Shown: positions 37,479 through 49,691 of the stretch, one piece after another
Layout: each line of letters opens with the position of its first letter
Position numbering within the stretch: the first letter of the stretch is position 1
Assembly (NCBI RefSeq): GCF_028641065.1
Contig: NC_073381.1
Coordinates: 84,754,001 to 84,818,000 of the forward strand
Length of the DNA: 64,000 bases
Direction: 5' to 3'
Source of the DNA: Leucoraja erinacea
Taxonomy: Eukaryota
Made by a program: the position numbers and the translations under genes
The notes under the pieces: generated by a model
Seen by the model: the letters and a program-made list of their open reading frames with translations, nothing else
Databases searched by the model: none
What the model was told of the DNA's origin: nothing

Positions 37479-38767
37479 GTAATTTAAAGTATCAGGCGTG
37501 AAAAAATGCAGTTTCTTTGGAAAATGGTAATCCAGAAATATTTAAAGTTACCTAATTGAAGTTTTAAAACTATTTGAAGAAAATTGATCACAGTCGTAAA
37601 TGTGAGACAAATAAGACAATATATAAAACACATTAAACAAATATAAAAATGTGGCATAAAAAAGAGGTAATTAAATTGTAACATTAAATATCAAGTATAA
37701 TCACTATTCCTTGATTTAACCATTCTTTTACTAAATTAACAATATACAGTACAAGAGGCACATGTTCATTAGAGGATAAATGCTACAATTTCAAGAGGTT
37801 AGCAATGTTGCTGAAGACTTTCATCCGTGAACTATATTTAAGGCTGAGATGACAATGCAACATTTTTTGATGTAATATCAATGGATTGAGCCACAGTTGA
37901 TATAGCTGGAGGTGAGAAATAGCCAAATGGGAAGAAAGCTTGTAGCCAGCGAGCAGAAATAGATATTATTAGACACAGAATTAGGCATTAGAATGCAAAA
38001 CTGGATTGCATTTATTTTAGTGAAAGCGCTCTGACAAGTAAGGCAGATGAATCAAGGGATTTAAATAACAGGTGGGAATAAATTGTTGCTATTATAGATG
38101 TGATTGAAAGATGGGCAGGCAGCTTAATATTTCATGGTATAAAGTGGTACATGGGGATATGGGTTTAAACAAATAAGGATAATCACTCTGCTGAGGTTGA
38201 TACAAGTTATACGAGCCATCCTAACAGTGGAAGACAGAAGGCAGATATGAAAGTAATTCACTTAAGTGTAAAAAATAATAGGGCAGTAGCAATAGGAGAT
38301 TTCAACACCCCCAATATTAACCTTCGCATAAAAAACAAGTGGGCGGAGGAGGGAATTTTTAAAGTCCATCCAGGACAGCTTTGAGTCATTACATGGATAG
38401 TCCTACACAGAAGTGGTACCAGCTTTATTAATTAGGTATGTAGTTGAATATGTGATGACACTGTTGGAGATAGTGACCACAAATTTAAAATTTCTTATAA
38501 TAGATTGGAAATTAACATGCTGAATTGGAGGGAGAACAATTTTAATGTTATATGACCTGCCAAAAATCTCCTGGGAAACTCTACTTGCAGTCAAGTTTAC
38601 ATGCAGCCAATTGGAGTAATTCAAAAGGAGATCTCAGGGCCATCGTGTTCCTGAAATGGTGAAAAATGACCAACAAGTCCAATGAGACATGGATGCCAAA
38701 GGGTAGAATAACGAAAAAAATAGCTTTTCAAAGCTATTAAGAAATGAGAAGGCCTGAAAGAAATTTA

Positions 38768-38981
38768 AGGGCCTGTCACTCTTGGTAATTTTTTCAGCGA
38801 TTGCCGGCGTCATATCAGTGTTGCCAAAAGATTTTGAACATGTCAAAATCCAATGGCGACAAAAAAATGTTGCAACACTTGAAAAAGCACCGCGCGTCAC
38901 GCTGCAAATTTTTCGGTGACCTGATACATCAGTCAATGATGTTGGCACTCGTCGAAAAAATCAGCAAGTGGGAGAGGCCCT
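38768..38981. mobile_element. PIF/Harbinger-like MITE
   Basis: agggcctgtcactctt / aagtgggagaggccct; TTA TSD. Confidence 0.7.
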
Positions 38982-38989
38982 TTAGAGAA

Positions 38990-40745
38990 TTTTAAAAATG
39001 AAGCTTTCCATTCTAGATCATCTGAGATGTCCTTGTTCTTTACTAAACATGGTTTCTCCCCTGTTGTCATAGATAGACCCCACACCCATGTCTCATCTGT
39101 GTCCTGTAGTTCTGCTCTTACTCGCACACCCCCTAGATGGAACAAGGATAGGGTTCTGCTGGACCTCACCTTTCACCACACTCACCTCCGCATCTAACAC
39201 ATCATTCTTCAACAAGACCCCACCACCAGTCACATCTTCCCAGCCCTCCCCTCTTCCGTAGAGACCGCACCCGCTGCAACTCCTGGTTCACTCATCTCTT
39301 CCCAGCCAATCCACATTTTCTTAAATACTTTACCCTGCAACTGATGGAGATGCAACACCTGCACCGACACTTCTTCCCTCATATCCATCTAGGGACCCCA
39401 GCAATCCTTACTGTTGAGACATAGACATGTACCTCTTCTAACCCCATCTACTGCATCCAGTGTTCCAGATGTGGTCTCTATTACATCAGTGAGACCAAGT
39501 GTAGACTCAGGCGACCATATTGCAGAACACTTGCGCTCGGTTCCCAAGGTCTACTAGATCTCTCAGTTGCTAAGCATATTAACTCCCCTTCCCATACTGA
39601 CCTTTCTGTCCTGGGCCCCCTCCATTGCTAGAGTGAGACCACACACAAACTGGACGAACAGCACATATTCTGCTCAGAAGCTTACAACCCAGAGGGATGA
39701 ACATTAAATTCTCCAATTTTAGGTAACAAATCCCCCCACGTTTTCTCCCCCCCCCCTTTCTCCCCCTCCCCACCTGGAGACACACCCATTTCTCCCCTTC
39801 CCCTCCAATTTCACCTATATTCCTTTCTCTGGCTTCACAATTTGCATTTCTATCCAAATCTCACACCTTTTGTCTTTTCATCTCTAGCCTTTGTTCAACC
39901 ATCTACCTATCAAAAACCCTCTTACTCAAATCCACTATAACTTATCACACCTCCGCTCAGTCCGATCGTTTCGTCGAACACCTCCGCTCAGTCGCGATCG
40001 TTTCGCCGAACACCTCCGCTCAGTCCGATCATTTCGCCGAACACCTCCGCTCAGTCGCGATCGTTTCACCGAACACCTCCGCCCAGTCGATCGTTTCGCC
40101 GAACACCTCCGCTCAGTCTGCAATAACCAACCTGACCTCCCGGTGGCTCAGCACTTCAACTCCCCCTCCCATTCCCAATCCGACCTCTCTGTCCTGGGTC
40201 TCCTCCATTGCCAGAGTGAGCAACAGCGGAAATTGGAGGAACAGCACCTCATATTCCGCCTGGGGACCTTGCGTCCGGATGGCATTAACATTGAATTCTC
40301 CCAATTTTGCTAGCCCTTGCTGTCTCCTCCCCTTCCTTAACCCTCTAGCTGTCTCCTCCCACCCTCCTATCCGCCCGCCCTTGGGCTCCTCCTCCTCCCC
40401 TTTTCCTTCCTTCTCTCCCCCCCCACCCCCCATCAGTCTGAAGAAGGGTTTCGGCCCGAAACGTCGCCTATTTCCTTCGCTCCATAGATGCTGCTGCACC
40501 CGCTGAGTTTCTCCTGCAATTTTGTGTACCTTCGATCTTCCAGCATCTGCAGTTCCTTCTTGAACACTTGATAACTTATCAGACTTTGTCCTGCCCAACA
40601 ACTCTTCCAGCTTTTCCCACATGTCCCCTCCCCCCCCCCCCCCAGAGCACAAACAGTCAGAAGGGTCCTGACCTGAAATGTCACCTTATCCATGTTCTCT
40701 GGAGTCTGCAGGACCCACAGAGTTACTCCAGCACTTTGTGTCTTT
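38990..40745 (+). mobile_element. Older Penelope element interrupted by a younger Penelope copy (39948-40570, 11-bp TSD)
   Basis: GIY-YIG-region remnants (YCIQCSRC.LYYISETK; DRFAEHLRSV..NQPDLPVAQHFNS...KLEEQHLIFRLGTL.PDGIN); TSD ataacttatca at 39937-39947 and 40571-40581. Confidence 0.8.
39948..40117 (+). repeat. Tandem array of five 30-32-bp units plus a partial unit
   Basis: cacctccgctcagtc(c/gc)gatcgtttcgccgaa repeated at the 5' junction of the young Penelope copy. Confidence 0.9.
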
Positions 40746-41103
40746 ATTTATATATAAAACATTATTATGGCCATGAATTGTGTGCAGTTGCCAAACCAGA
40801 GGATGGATTTGGAGGTTTTCCTGCTGTGAGGAGGCACTGAATAGGCCGGGTTTGTATTATTTCAAATAGAGAAGGCCAAAGAGAGTGGGTTAGGGGAGGG
40901 AGAGTGAGGAAGATTTGAATGAGCTGTATGAAACTGAGTGTCTAAAATTGGACAGACTGCACTGAATCCAGTAAATAAGGTTAGAGGAGGTGCATGTGAA
41001 TCTTTGTCTCTCCTGGAGGGGCTGCTGTGGTCTCTGGTTGGAGGTGAGAAAGGAGGCTTAGGGACAGGTGTAACGTCTTCTACGATTCCATGGGAAAGAC
41101 CTG

Positions 41104-41400
41104 GCGGCACGGTGGTGCAGCGGTTGCTGCCTTACAGCGCCTGAGACCCGGGTTTGATCCCGGCTATGGGTGCTGTCTATATGGTGTTGTACGTTCTCCC
41201 CGTGACTGTGTGGGTTTTCTCCGAGATCTTCGGTTTCCACCCACACTCTAAAGACGTACAGTTATGTAGGTTAATTGGCATGGTGTATGTGTAAATTGTC
41301 CCTAGTAGTAGGATAGTGTTAATGTGCGGGGATTGCTGGTTGGTGCAGACTCGGTGGGCCGAAGGGCCTGTTTCTGCGCTGTATCTCTAAACTAAAAATA
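41104..41400 (+). mobile_element. tRNA-derived HE1/V-SINE-like element
   Basis: ggcggcacggtggtgcagcgg head with A/B-box-like motifs, central gtacgttctccccgtgac core, ctctaaactaaa tail. Confidence 0.8.
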
Positions 41401-42077
41401 ATAAACTACTTGTGGAGGGAAGAGTTTGGGTGGGAAGGGATGAATTGAACCAAAGAGTAGTTGGGGTAGTGGTCTACATGGAAAGCAGAAAGGGGTCACT
41501 CATTGAGGACCTTCTTTTAATCACATTTATAAAAGCATCCCACTTTCCAGACATCCCTTTGTGCGCAAACAACCAATCCCAATCAACGTTAGCAAGTTTC
41601 TGTCCAATACCATCAAAGTCAGTGTGGCAATCCCAGCCTATATTGGGAAAGTTAAAATCCCTTATTATTACAACCCTATTAGTCTTGCAGCTGCCTGCAA
41701 TCTTCCTGCATATTTATTCTTCCAATTCCTATTGACTATATGGGATGCAATAGTACACTCCCAATAGTGATCATCCCCATTTTATTTCTACATTCCACCC
41801 ACACAGCTTCATGAAAAAAACATCAGTAATGTCATCTCAGGCTCATGCTGTGGTATATTTCTGAATCAATAAAACAATAAAACTTCTCTTTAACCTCTAT
41901 CTCTATTATGATAAATTATGCTTGGAGTGAGAGGATGTAGGCAAGGTACTGAATGAGTACTTATATTGATCTTCACTAAAGGGAAGGATATGAATAAGGT
42001 CAGTTGGGTTGTACTAATACGATAGTGCAGTTTGAAATAAAAAATGGAGGTGGTGTAGGGCCTCTCAAAGAGTGTAA

Positions 42078-42720
42078 TGGGCCTGTCCCATGCAGGCGAT
42101 TTTTAAGGCGACTGCTGATGACTGTCATAGTCGTAAGCAGGTCGCCGAAAAAAACGCCGACTGGACCCCCCTACGACAATGTCTACGACAAGCTACAACA
42201 ACCTACCACCTAGTCGATGTCAAGCTACGACAAGCTACCAACAACCAGCGACCCATTAGACGTCCACCTACGACCACACCTACGCCAACCTACGACCACA
42301 CAGGCGACAACCTCTGACAACCGAAGTCAACCTACGTCCACCCGGGACAAACTACAACAAGCTACGACCCTGTCGGCGACAACTGAAGACAATTCAGTCG
42401 CCGGTACCTGTCGCCGGTTGACGTAGGTAGTCACCAATGGAATTTGCTGAAGTTAGCACCGGCGACAACCTACGTCACCTGGCGACAACCTACGACAGCA
42501 CCTACATCAGGAGAAGTCAAGCTACGCTCATTGGTGTCAAACCCATTGTCGCCGAAAATGTTTGCACATTGAAAATTCAGCGGCAACCAGAAAGACACTA
42601 TGACTCTTTGAGTAACTGAGGAGACTACTCACGACCATACAGGTGACATCCCGGCGACCATGTGGCGACAGCCTAGTCGCCTGTAGTCGCCTAAAAAATA
42701 GCCTAAGTGGGACATGCCCT
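42078..42720. mobile_element. PIF/Harbinger-like MITE with internal (cgacaa/ctacga) repeats
   Basis: tgggcctgtccca / gtgggacatgccct; TAA/TTA flanks. Confidence 0.7.
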
Positions 42721-43080
42721 TTAGGGTGCACGATTCCCAAGGGCCTGATGCTAGCTATTCTAGGTTATTGAGAGAGACAAGAGAGAAGATGGTGGGGGCC
42801 TAGAAGATTGCACTTGGGTAGAAGATGATGGGCAATATAAAAAATAATGTTCGGAAGGAGAGGTCAATAGAATTGGTAGAACACATTGAGAATTAGATTG
42901 AGAAGTTGCCGATTTATTTAATGGACGCTCATAGAGCTTGAATCAAACGTTCCTGCTCCAAATGGCTCATAAGCAATGCTTCAAAAGCTTTTGCCTCGAT
43001 CCACCCTTCTCACCTATTTCCTGTGTTCCTCAAGGACTAATTGATTAATTACTAATGAAGCAGACAAATTTAAGTTAATA

Positions 43081-44120
43081 CTAGACCAAGTGCAGACCCG
43101 TTGGGTCTGTTCCCCCAACGTGCGGTTGCGGGGAGGGGGGGCAGCATGCGGCATCACACACACTAACTCGCCCCCCCTCCCCCGCCGCGCACACGCTAAC
43201 TACCCCCTTGATATTATATTAATTTTATTAATTTGGTCCTTTTACCCCGGCCCTATCTACTGATGCATAGCTCCCAACTTGCAGGTGCTTCTAGAGAGGG
43301 AGGGGAGGTAGAGAGTGAGGGCAGAGAGAGAAGGGGCAGAGACAGAGAGAGGGGCAAGACAGAGGGAGAGGGAGTGGGGGGGAGGAAGAGGGGGAGGGAG
43401 AGAGGGGGGGAGGGGGGGAGAGGGCGGACCTGAACTTGGTGAGCGGGCAGCTCGGACGGGGCTTACTGTGAACGGGCAGCAAGCGTCAGCAGCTCTCTCG
43501 ACCTTGGGCGGCGTGGAGAGCCTCGGCAGCTCTCGCGTGACGATTCCCCATGTCCCTGCGATCAATGGAGGAATTGCAGGGTTCCAGAGGGAGAAATGGC
43601 CGCCAGGGCCACCTTCTCATTGTGTGCCCTGTGCGACAATAACTGGAGCCGCTACGTTCTACCATCAGGGGGGGGATACGGAGTGGATTTAGAAGCAAGC
43701 CGGTGGTCTCCGGTGACCGGCTGTAACCTGCTGTGACCTCCGGTGACCTGAGCATTTTGAGAACGGGGGGGGGGTTGGAGTGGGGGGGCGGGGGGGAGTC
43801 CAGCTGCGGGACGCGTGGCGCGAGCGTACTTGGGCTGTGCGCGGGGCTTTAGTCCACAGCAGGGGGGGGGGGGGGGGGGGGGGGGGGGGCCTGGAGGCAG
43901 GTGGGCCTCGAATGGTGGGAATGAGGGCATTGTGACGTCAGCAGCTCAAGCGGCGAATATATATATTTTTAAAGTGAGTTTTCTAATCAATTTTATTCAA
44001 AATCTGGGGAAATCAAGGAGTGGATTTCTGAACTCATAAGATAAATCCCTACCGAAATTGTAAACATCTCCGCGTTTTTGTGTCTGGTTTTCGAGGAGAT
44101 ACGTTGCAAAGGCTAAATGC
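43081..44120 (-). mobile_element. Helitron-like non-autonomous element (GC-rich interior)
   Basis: Minus-strand 3' end has a 7-bp hairpin cagaccc-aac-gggtctg then cacttggtCTAG|T; 5' boundary uncertain. Confidence 0.5.
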
Positions 44121-44229
44121 CGTACCCTGCAAACTGATTTGTTATCTGCCACTCAAGCTACATCTGTAAATGTTGAAAGTAGGCTGGTTAGACAGGTTCA
44201 CCAGCTAAAATTCATTATATTGTTCATAC

Positions 44230-44467
44230 CTGTGTTATTAACAAGAAACTCAAACATAGTAAGGTTGCTATCTGCAGGAATCTCTGGCAGGTCAAGTTTA
44301 CTCCTGTGCTCTTGGAGGAATTGTTCGAGTTTAATTCTGTCTTCGAGCTCCAACAAGGAACCAACACTCCACATCAGTACAAATACAAAGAGCCGCTTAA
44401 GTTGCAATTCATTAGAAAGTCCTCCATCTTCAGTTGAGGGCATTAATCCATCCAATAGTGTAAGTGA
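44230..44467 (-). CDS. DNAH8: DNAH8-like exon 4
   Basis: SLTLLDGLMPSTEDGG...LFVFVLMWSVGSLLELEDR...SKLDLPEIPADSNLTMFEFLV; ccttcag / G|gtatg; 238 nt, phase 0 to 1. Confidence 0.93.
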
Positions 44468-44682
44468 CTGAAGGAGATAATATCATCCATTATTGGTCAA
44501 ATCCTCTCATGCACTAGTTTTCTTTCACAATAGGTAATATTAAATGTTTAAATGCGCACCAAAATCCAACAAAAGCTCAAGAGATCAATATAGTGATGTG
44601 GAACTCAGACTCAGTGACATCATGCATATAGGTTGGTGACATTTAAACAACCTTAAAATTTGCTTCATATTTTTTTTTAAAT

Positions 44683-45080
44683 GGCGGCACAGTGGCGCAA
44701 TGGTAGAGTTGATGCCTTTCAGCGCCAGAAACCTGGGCTTGTTCCTGACTACGGATGTTGTCTGTACGAAGTTTGTACGTTCTCCCCATGACCTGCGAGG
44801 GTTTTCTCCAGGATCTCTGGTTTCCTCCCACACTCCAAACATGTACAGGTTTGTAAGCTAATTGGCTTGATATAACTGTAAATTGTCCCTCGTGTGTGTA
44901 GGATGGTGTTTGTGTGTGGGAGTTGCTGGTCGATGCGGACTCAGTGGGATGAAGATCCTGTTTCCGCGTTGTATCTCTAAACTAAACTAAACTAAGTCTG
45001 AAGAAGTGTCTCGACCCGAAACGTCACCCATTCCTTCTCTCCAGAGATGCTGCCTGCGTTACTCCAGCATTTTGTGTCTA
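44683..45080 (+). mobile_element. HE1/V-SINE-like element (44683-44995) fused to a Penelope pLTR snippet
   Basis: SINE head ggcggcacagtggcgcaatgg, (ctaaa)n tail, then CTGAAGA...GAAACGTC at 44998-45025. Confidence 0.75.
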
Positions 45081-45375
45081 CTAAATTAAACATGGTTGCC
45101 TAGCAGGAACCCATTGAGAGAAGTTAACCCAATCCTCAGTGACTTTGAACTAATGGTATCCAACCATTAAACTCAAACTACATAATACTTGTCAGCTTTT
45201 TAGCATACATGTTGTTGTGCTTTAAATTCAGCATTCTAATTTTGAAGCATGATTGAGCAGTGGATTAATGCTATAAAGGAATGATGGACATTTTCGTTTA
45301 TAAAAGTTAAACATTATGAATCCCATTTTAGTACTTCCTATGGCCCACAGCACCTTCTGGACACTTGGTTTAACA

Positions 45376-45873
45376 TGTTAGATAAAATGTGTTCTTTATA
45401 CTACTTCACACAGTGATTCAAAGGTTTAGAGTGTGATCTCCACCAAGATTTTGTGCAGATCACCGAGACCAACTATAGTGAGAGAGCCTGGCGTGCAAAT
45501 CGTCTGTCAATAATGAACAAATAGGTAATAGTGCTTTGCTTGGCAACAAGGCAGGGCAGAAAAGGCTGTGGGACCCCTACTATTGGGGGCCTATTGGCGC
45601 CTGTCGGAATGCCATTGGCTAGAAGTAGTGCTATGGCGGCCTCTTGTTTCATTTGGTATAAAGCAGGCGTCTGCAGCATGGTCCTTTGTTCTCTGAAGGG
45701 CTTCACCGACGGGCTGGGATCGTGACCGGTGCCTCGGACTGCAGAAGTGTGCTGCTGTAGAAGGGGCCCTGCGCATACCTAGATAAGTATATGTTTACTC
45801 TCTATTGCCAATAAACTTGATTTATACTGTCGAGACACGTATTGTTAAACAAAGTCTTCTTGTGAATTAAACA
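45376..45873 (+). mobile_element. Possible solo LTR
   Basis: TG start, TATAAA near 45657, AATAAA near 45810, ends ttaaaCA; no convincing TSD. Confidence 0.3.
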
Positions 45874-46627
45874 TAAATAAACCAAAGGAATAGTTAGATC
45901 TCAAGCCGGGTGTTGAGCAGCCAGGTTGTTGTCTCTGCATCAATGTCTGCCAGGCCCTGAGCTCCATTTGGTGGGTGGTAGAGCGGGCACTCAGAGATGA
46001 CATGGTTGGCTGTCTGTTGTTCTGCTCCACATTCACAGGCTGGGCTCTGGTGGAGTCTCCATCTCCACATGCTGGCATTGAAACGCCCAACTCCAGTACC
46101 AAGTCTGTTGAGCTTCACCCATGCTCCTCTGGGGATGGACAGCTTTTATCTGATGAAAAGATGTAGCTATGTAATGGAGATGAGGTTGCCTTCCACTCCT
46201 GTGACCACTTGGTGGCTATCCAGTGTGCTTTTGTCTCAGTGGGCTGGATGGATGCTAGGAGTTGTTTTCCATGTGGAGCAAAGGGGTGACGGGACTTCAG
46301 TCGGGGTGGCCTCTGCTCTCTACTGATAGCCTGATGGAGGAAGAGATCTGGGTCCATGGCATGACGAGATAATGCCAGAGTTGCTGCTTGCCTTCGGATC
46401 CCTGCAGGCGGAATGCCTGCAAGTATAGGGAGCTGCTCCACTGGAGTAGGTTGAAGGCACCCAGTGATGGTTCGCAAGGTGCTGTTCAAGATCGTGTCTA
46501 CCAGGCTAGTGTGTCTGCTTCTACTCCATAGGGGTGAGCAGTACTCAGCTGGAGCATACACAAGAGCTAAGGCAGAGGTGCGAAGAGTTGATGGACTAGC
46601 TCCCCACTTGTTCCTGCCAGGCGTCGG
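45874..46627 (-). mobile_element. RTE-X-like LINE 3' fragment
   Basis: LRTSALALVYAPAEYCSPLWSRS.HT..VD..LN...RTITGCL.PTP...LPILAGIPP; C-terminal CECGAEQQT..H....CP zinc knuckle. Confidence 0.7.
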
Positions 46628-47406
46628 ATGAGGCCGCTACGTGCCATGTATTTTATGTTGGGGGGAAGCGGGTAGGGTAAGGGGGGAACCGTCCTTCAGT
46701 CGCTTCCTGGCGAGGATGCGGCTATTATCCAAGTTGCGTCCTCGCCCCCCCCCTCGCAGCCAACCAACTGGATTGGAGCGGACCAGAGCTTCAGTAGCTG
46801 CGGCGCTGCACTCGATAAATCGCAGAACGTGCGAGGCCTTACCTGGGATTGCTGCTTGGACCGGTGTGGACATTGGGACTGTTGGGCCGCTGCTCCAACA
46901 TCGCGGAGCTGTGGGTGCAGAGCTCCCAATGTGGGCGGCGCTGACTTTAACATCGCAGAGTCCTGGGACCCTTTGCCGGGGGTCGCCAGCGTGAATCTCT
47001 GTCTAGCGCGGCCTGTGGACATCGGGAGCTGCGGACTCCTCCGGTGGAAGGTGGCCGATTCAGAGGTCCAGGCCGCTGAAGATGTTCTCCCGTTCGACGT
47101 CGGGGTTCCATCGTTCCCGGCGAGAGGGCCTGAACATCGGGCCGCCCGTGGCGGCGACTATGGGGTACTCGGGAGGCCACGACCACGGGTGAACACTGGG
47201 GAACATCAGCGAGGAGGTTGACTGGACTTTGGTTCCTTCCTCACATTGGGGAACTTTGGTGCTGCTGTGGGGATGTTTGTGTTGTGGACTTCTGTGTTCT
47301 GTGGGGTTTTTTAATTTTATTTTTTGTATGACTGTAAGGGAAAGTAAATTTTGTTGTCTCTTAATTGAAGACAATGACAATAAATTAAATCAAATCAAAT
47401 CAAATT
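46628..47406 (+). mobile_element. Related GC-rich retroposon with (AAATC)n tail
   Basis: GC-rich body, 3' hairpin ttgtctc...agacaa, gacaataaa then (aaatc)x3; abuts the RTE-X fragment. Confidence 0.55.
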
Positions 47407-48084
47407 TCTGTTCTATCAGACAGATCCTTGAACGTGTTCCCTTGCAACATCAACAATGTACTGAAGAATCATATCCAAGATAGACAGAATGATTTTGATC
47501 AAGTCAAGCCATTTCTTCCTGTTGATTCTCTCACCACCGACCGCATGCCTGTTCTGACAGCTATGTACTTCAATAATGTTTAATTTGTGCAATAATTTAC
47601 CAACACAACAATTGTTGATGATATCTGTACTTTCATATTTTCTGATCCACAATATATTCTGTGAACTGCACTTCATTTGAGTTGAAGTCATAAGACTTTA
47701 CAGATGTTTTCCAGAAACAATTTGGGGACTGTGGATTTATCTCCCACCTTGGACCTGCTTTTAGTGAATCAAGATCTATATTCAAAAACTTGTAAAAAAG
47801 AAATGCTGCCTCAGCATGCCAGTCAGCATCTGTGGAAAGATAGAGTCTGCAGAAGCTGGAATCTGAAGCGACAAACAATCTGAGGGAGCAAGCAGCATCT
47901 GGGGGTGAAAGGAATTGTCGTGTTTTGTGTTGAAACCCTGCAACAGGCTTATAGCCCACTTTTTCATTTTATTCTACTGGATAGGTGATACCAGTGAGAC
48001 AGAACAAAAAAATAATGTTGAAATCTTTTGTGTTTAAAAGTAATCCATATTCAAATCTAACATTAGTATTAAAAAAATTCTAAC

Positions 48085-48225
48085 CTGTTTAATGTAGTTA
48101 CATTCCAGCAGGTCCATTACTGGGTTCAGATTTAATTTCATGTAGGTATAACTATCTTCAAAGGCTTTATTATACAGGGCTTGTAGAATTTCAGCTTCTC
48201 GCGGAAGACGTTTATTTAACCAGGC
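48085..48225 (-). CDS. DNAH8: DNAH8-like exon 3
   Basis: AWLNKRLPREAEILQALYNKAFEDSYTYMKLNLNPVMDLLECNYIKQ, translated by hand (not in ORF track); ttttag / CAG|gttag; 141 nt. Confidence 0.92.
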
Positions 48226-48419
48226 CTAAAAATGGAGACAGTTTCAGAATAATTACTGGATCCTGATAATTCTGATATTTTTATTTTGCTATTAATTGTT
48301 CTTTACTTTTTAATTATTACTCTCTCCCTTCTGAGAATGCAATTGTAACTTTGGAAAATGATTTTTGGAATATTACATTTCTCTCTCCTTTGAGAATACC
48401 TTTGAGATACCGAATTGCA

Positions 48420-49525
48420 GAGTGAGGTTTCCCAGTCAAAGGCATGGCCCACTGACCATACATTGAAAATGTATTTTATAAACCCACTGACTCCCATGGC
48501 TATCTGGACTACACTTCCTCCCACCCTGCTTCCTGTAAGGACTCTATCCCCTACTCCCAATTCCGTCGTCTGCGCCGCATCTGCACACAGGATGAGGTGT
48601 TCCAAACCAGGGCATCGGAGATATCCTCATTCTTTAGGGAATGAAGGTTCCCCTCTTCGACTATAGATAAGGCTCTTACCAAGATATCTTCTATATCCTG
48701 TAGCTCCGCTCTTACTCCCCATCCCCCCACTCGTAACAAGGACAGAGTCCCCCTTGTCCTCACCTTCCACCATACGAGCCGTCACATACAACAGAAAATC
48801 CTCCAACATTTTCGCCACCTCCAACGGGATCCCTCCACTGGCCACATCTTCCCATCTCCTCCCCTTTTGACTTTCCGCATAGACCGCTCCCTGGTCAATT
48901 CGTCCCTTCCCACCCAAACCACCCCCTCCGCTGGTACTTTCACTTGCAACCGCAGGAAATGCTACATTTGTCGCTTTACCTCCCCCCTCGACTCCATCCA
49001 AGGACCCAAGCAGTTTTTCCAGATGAGGCAGAAGTTCACCTGCACCTACTCAACTTCATCTATTGCATCCGATGCTTTAGGTGTCAACTGCTCTACATCG
49101 GTGAGAGCAAGCGCAGGCTTGGCGATCGCTTCACCCCACACCTCCGCATAGTCCGCATTAACCAACCTAATCTCCCGGTGGCTCAGCACTTCAACTCCCC
49201 GTCCCATTCCATAACCGACCTTTCTGTCCTGGGCCTCCTCCATGGCCAGTGAGTCCCACCGCAAATTGGAGGAGCAGCACCACATATTTCGCTTGGGTAG
49301 TTTACACCCGTGGTATGAACATTGACCTCCAATTTAGGTAGTCCTTGCTTTCTCCCTCCTTCCCCTCCCCTTCCCAGCTCTCCCACAGCCCACTGTCTCT
49401 TCCTTTCTTCTTCCTGCCCCCCCCACCCCATCAGTCTGAAGAAGAGTCTCGACCCGAAACGTCACCCATTCCTTCGCTCCATAGATGCTGCCTCACAGGC
49501 TGAGTTTCTCCAGCATTTTTGTCTC
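48420..49525 (+). mobile_element. Penelope-like element 3' part (RT thumb/linker, GIY-YIG endonuclease, pLTR)
   Basis: IPYSQFRRLRRIC, VPLVLTFH, IYCIRCFRCQLLYIGESKRRLGDRF..H, LPVAQHFNS; CTGAAGA...GAAACGTC at 49436-49463. Confidence 0.85.
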
Positions 49526-49691
49526 CCATACATTGAAAAGTATGACATTAACATTCTAGTAGCTGCAGGTTTCTTATATCATACTAGGCTATAACGGATA
49601 AACTGCAAAATAACTAGTCATATTTTCAATCTGATAATTAGAGACAATTATGCCTTCACTGGTTCTATGGATCTATATTTTTTTATGTTAC

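Noticed and set aside
39948-40117. Regularly spaced ~31-bp repeats resembling a CRISPR array
   Set aside because: There are no unique spacers, the units derive from Penelope coding sequence, and the context is eukaryotic.
41104-41175. tRNA-like sequence
   Set aside because: It is the degenerate head of a SINE followed by the SINE body and tail, not a tRNA gene.
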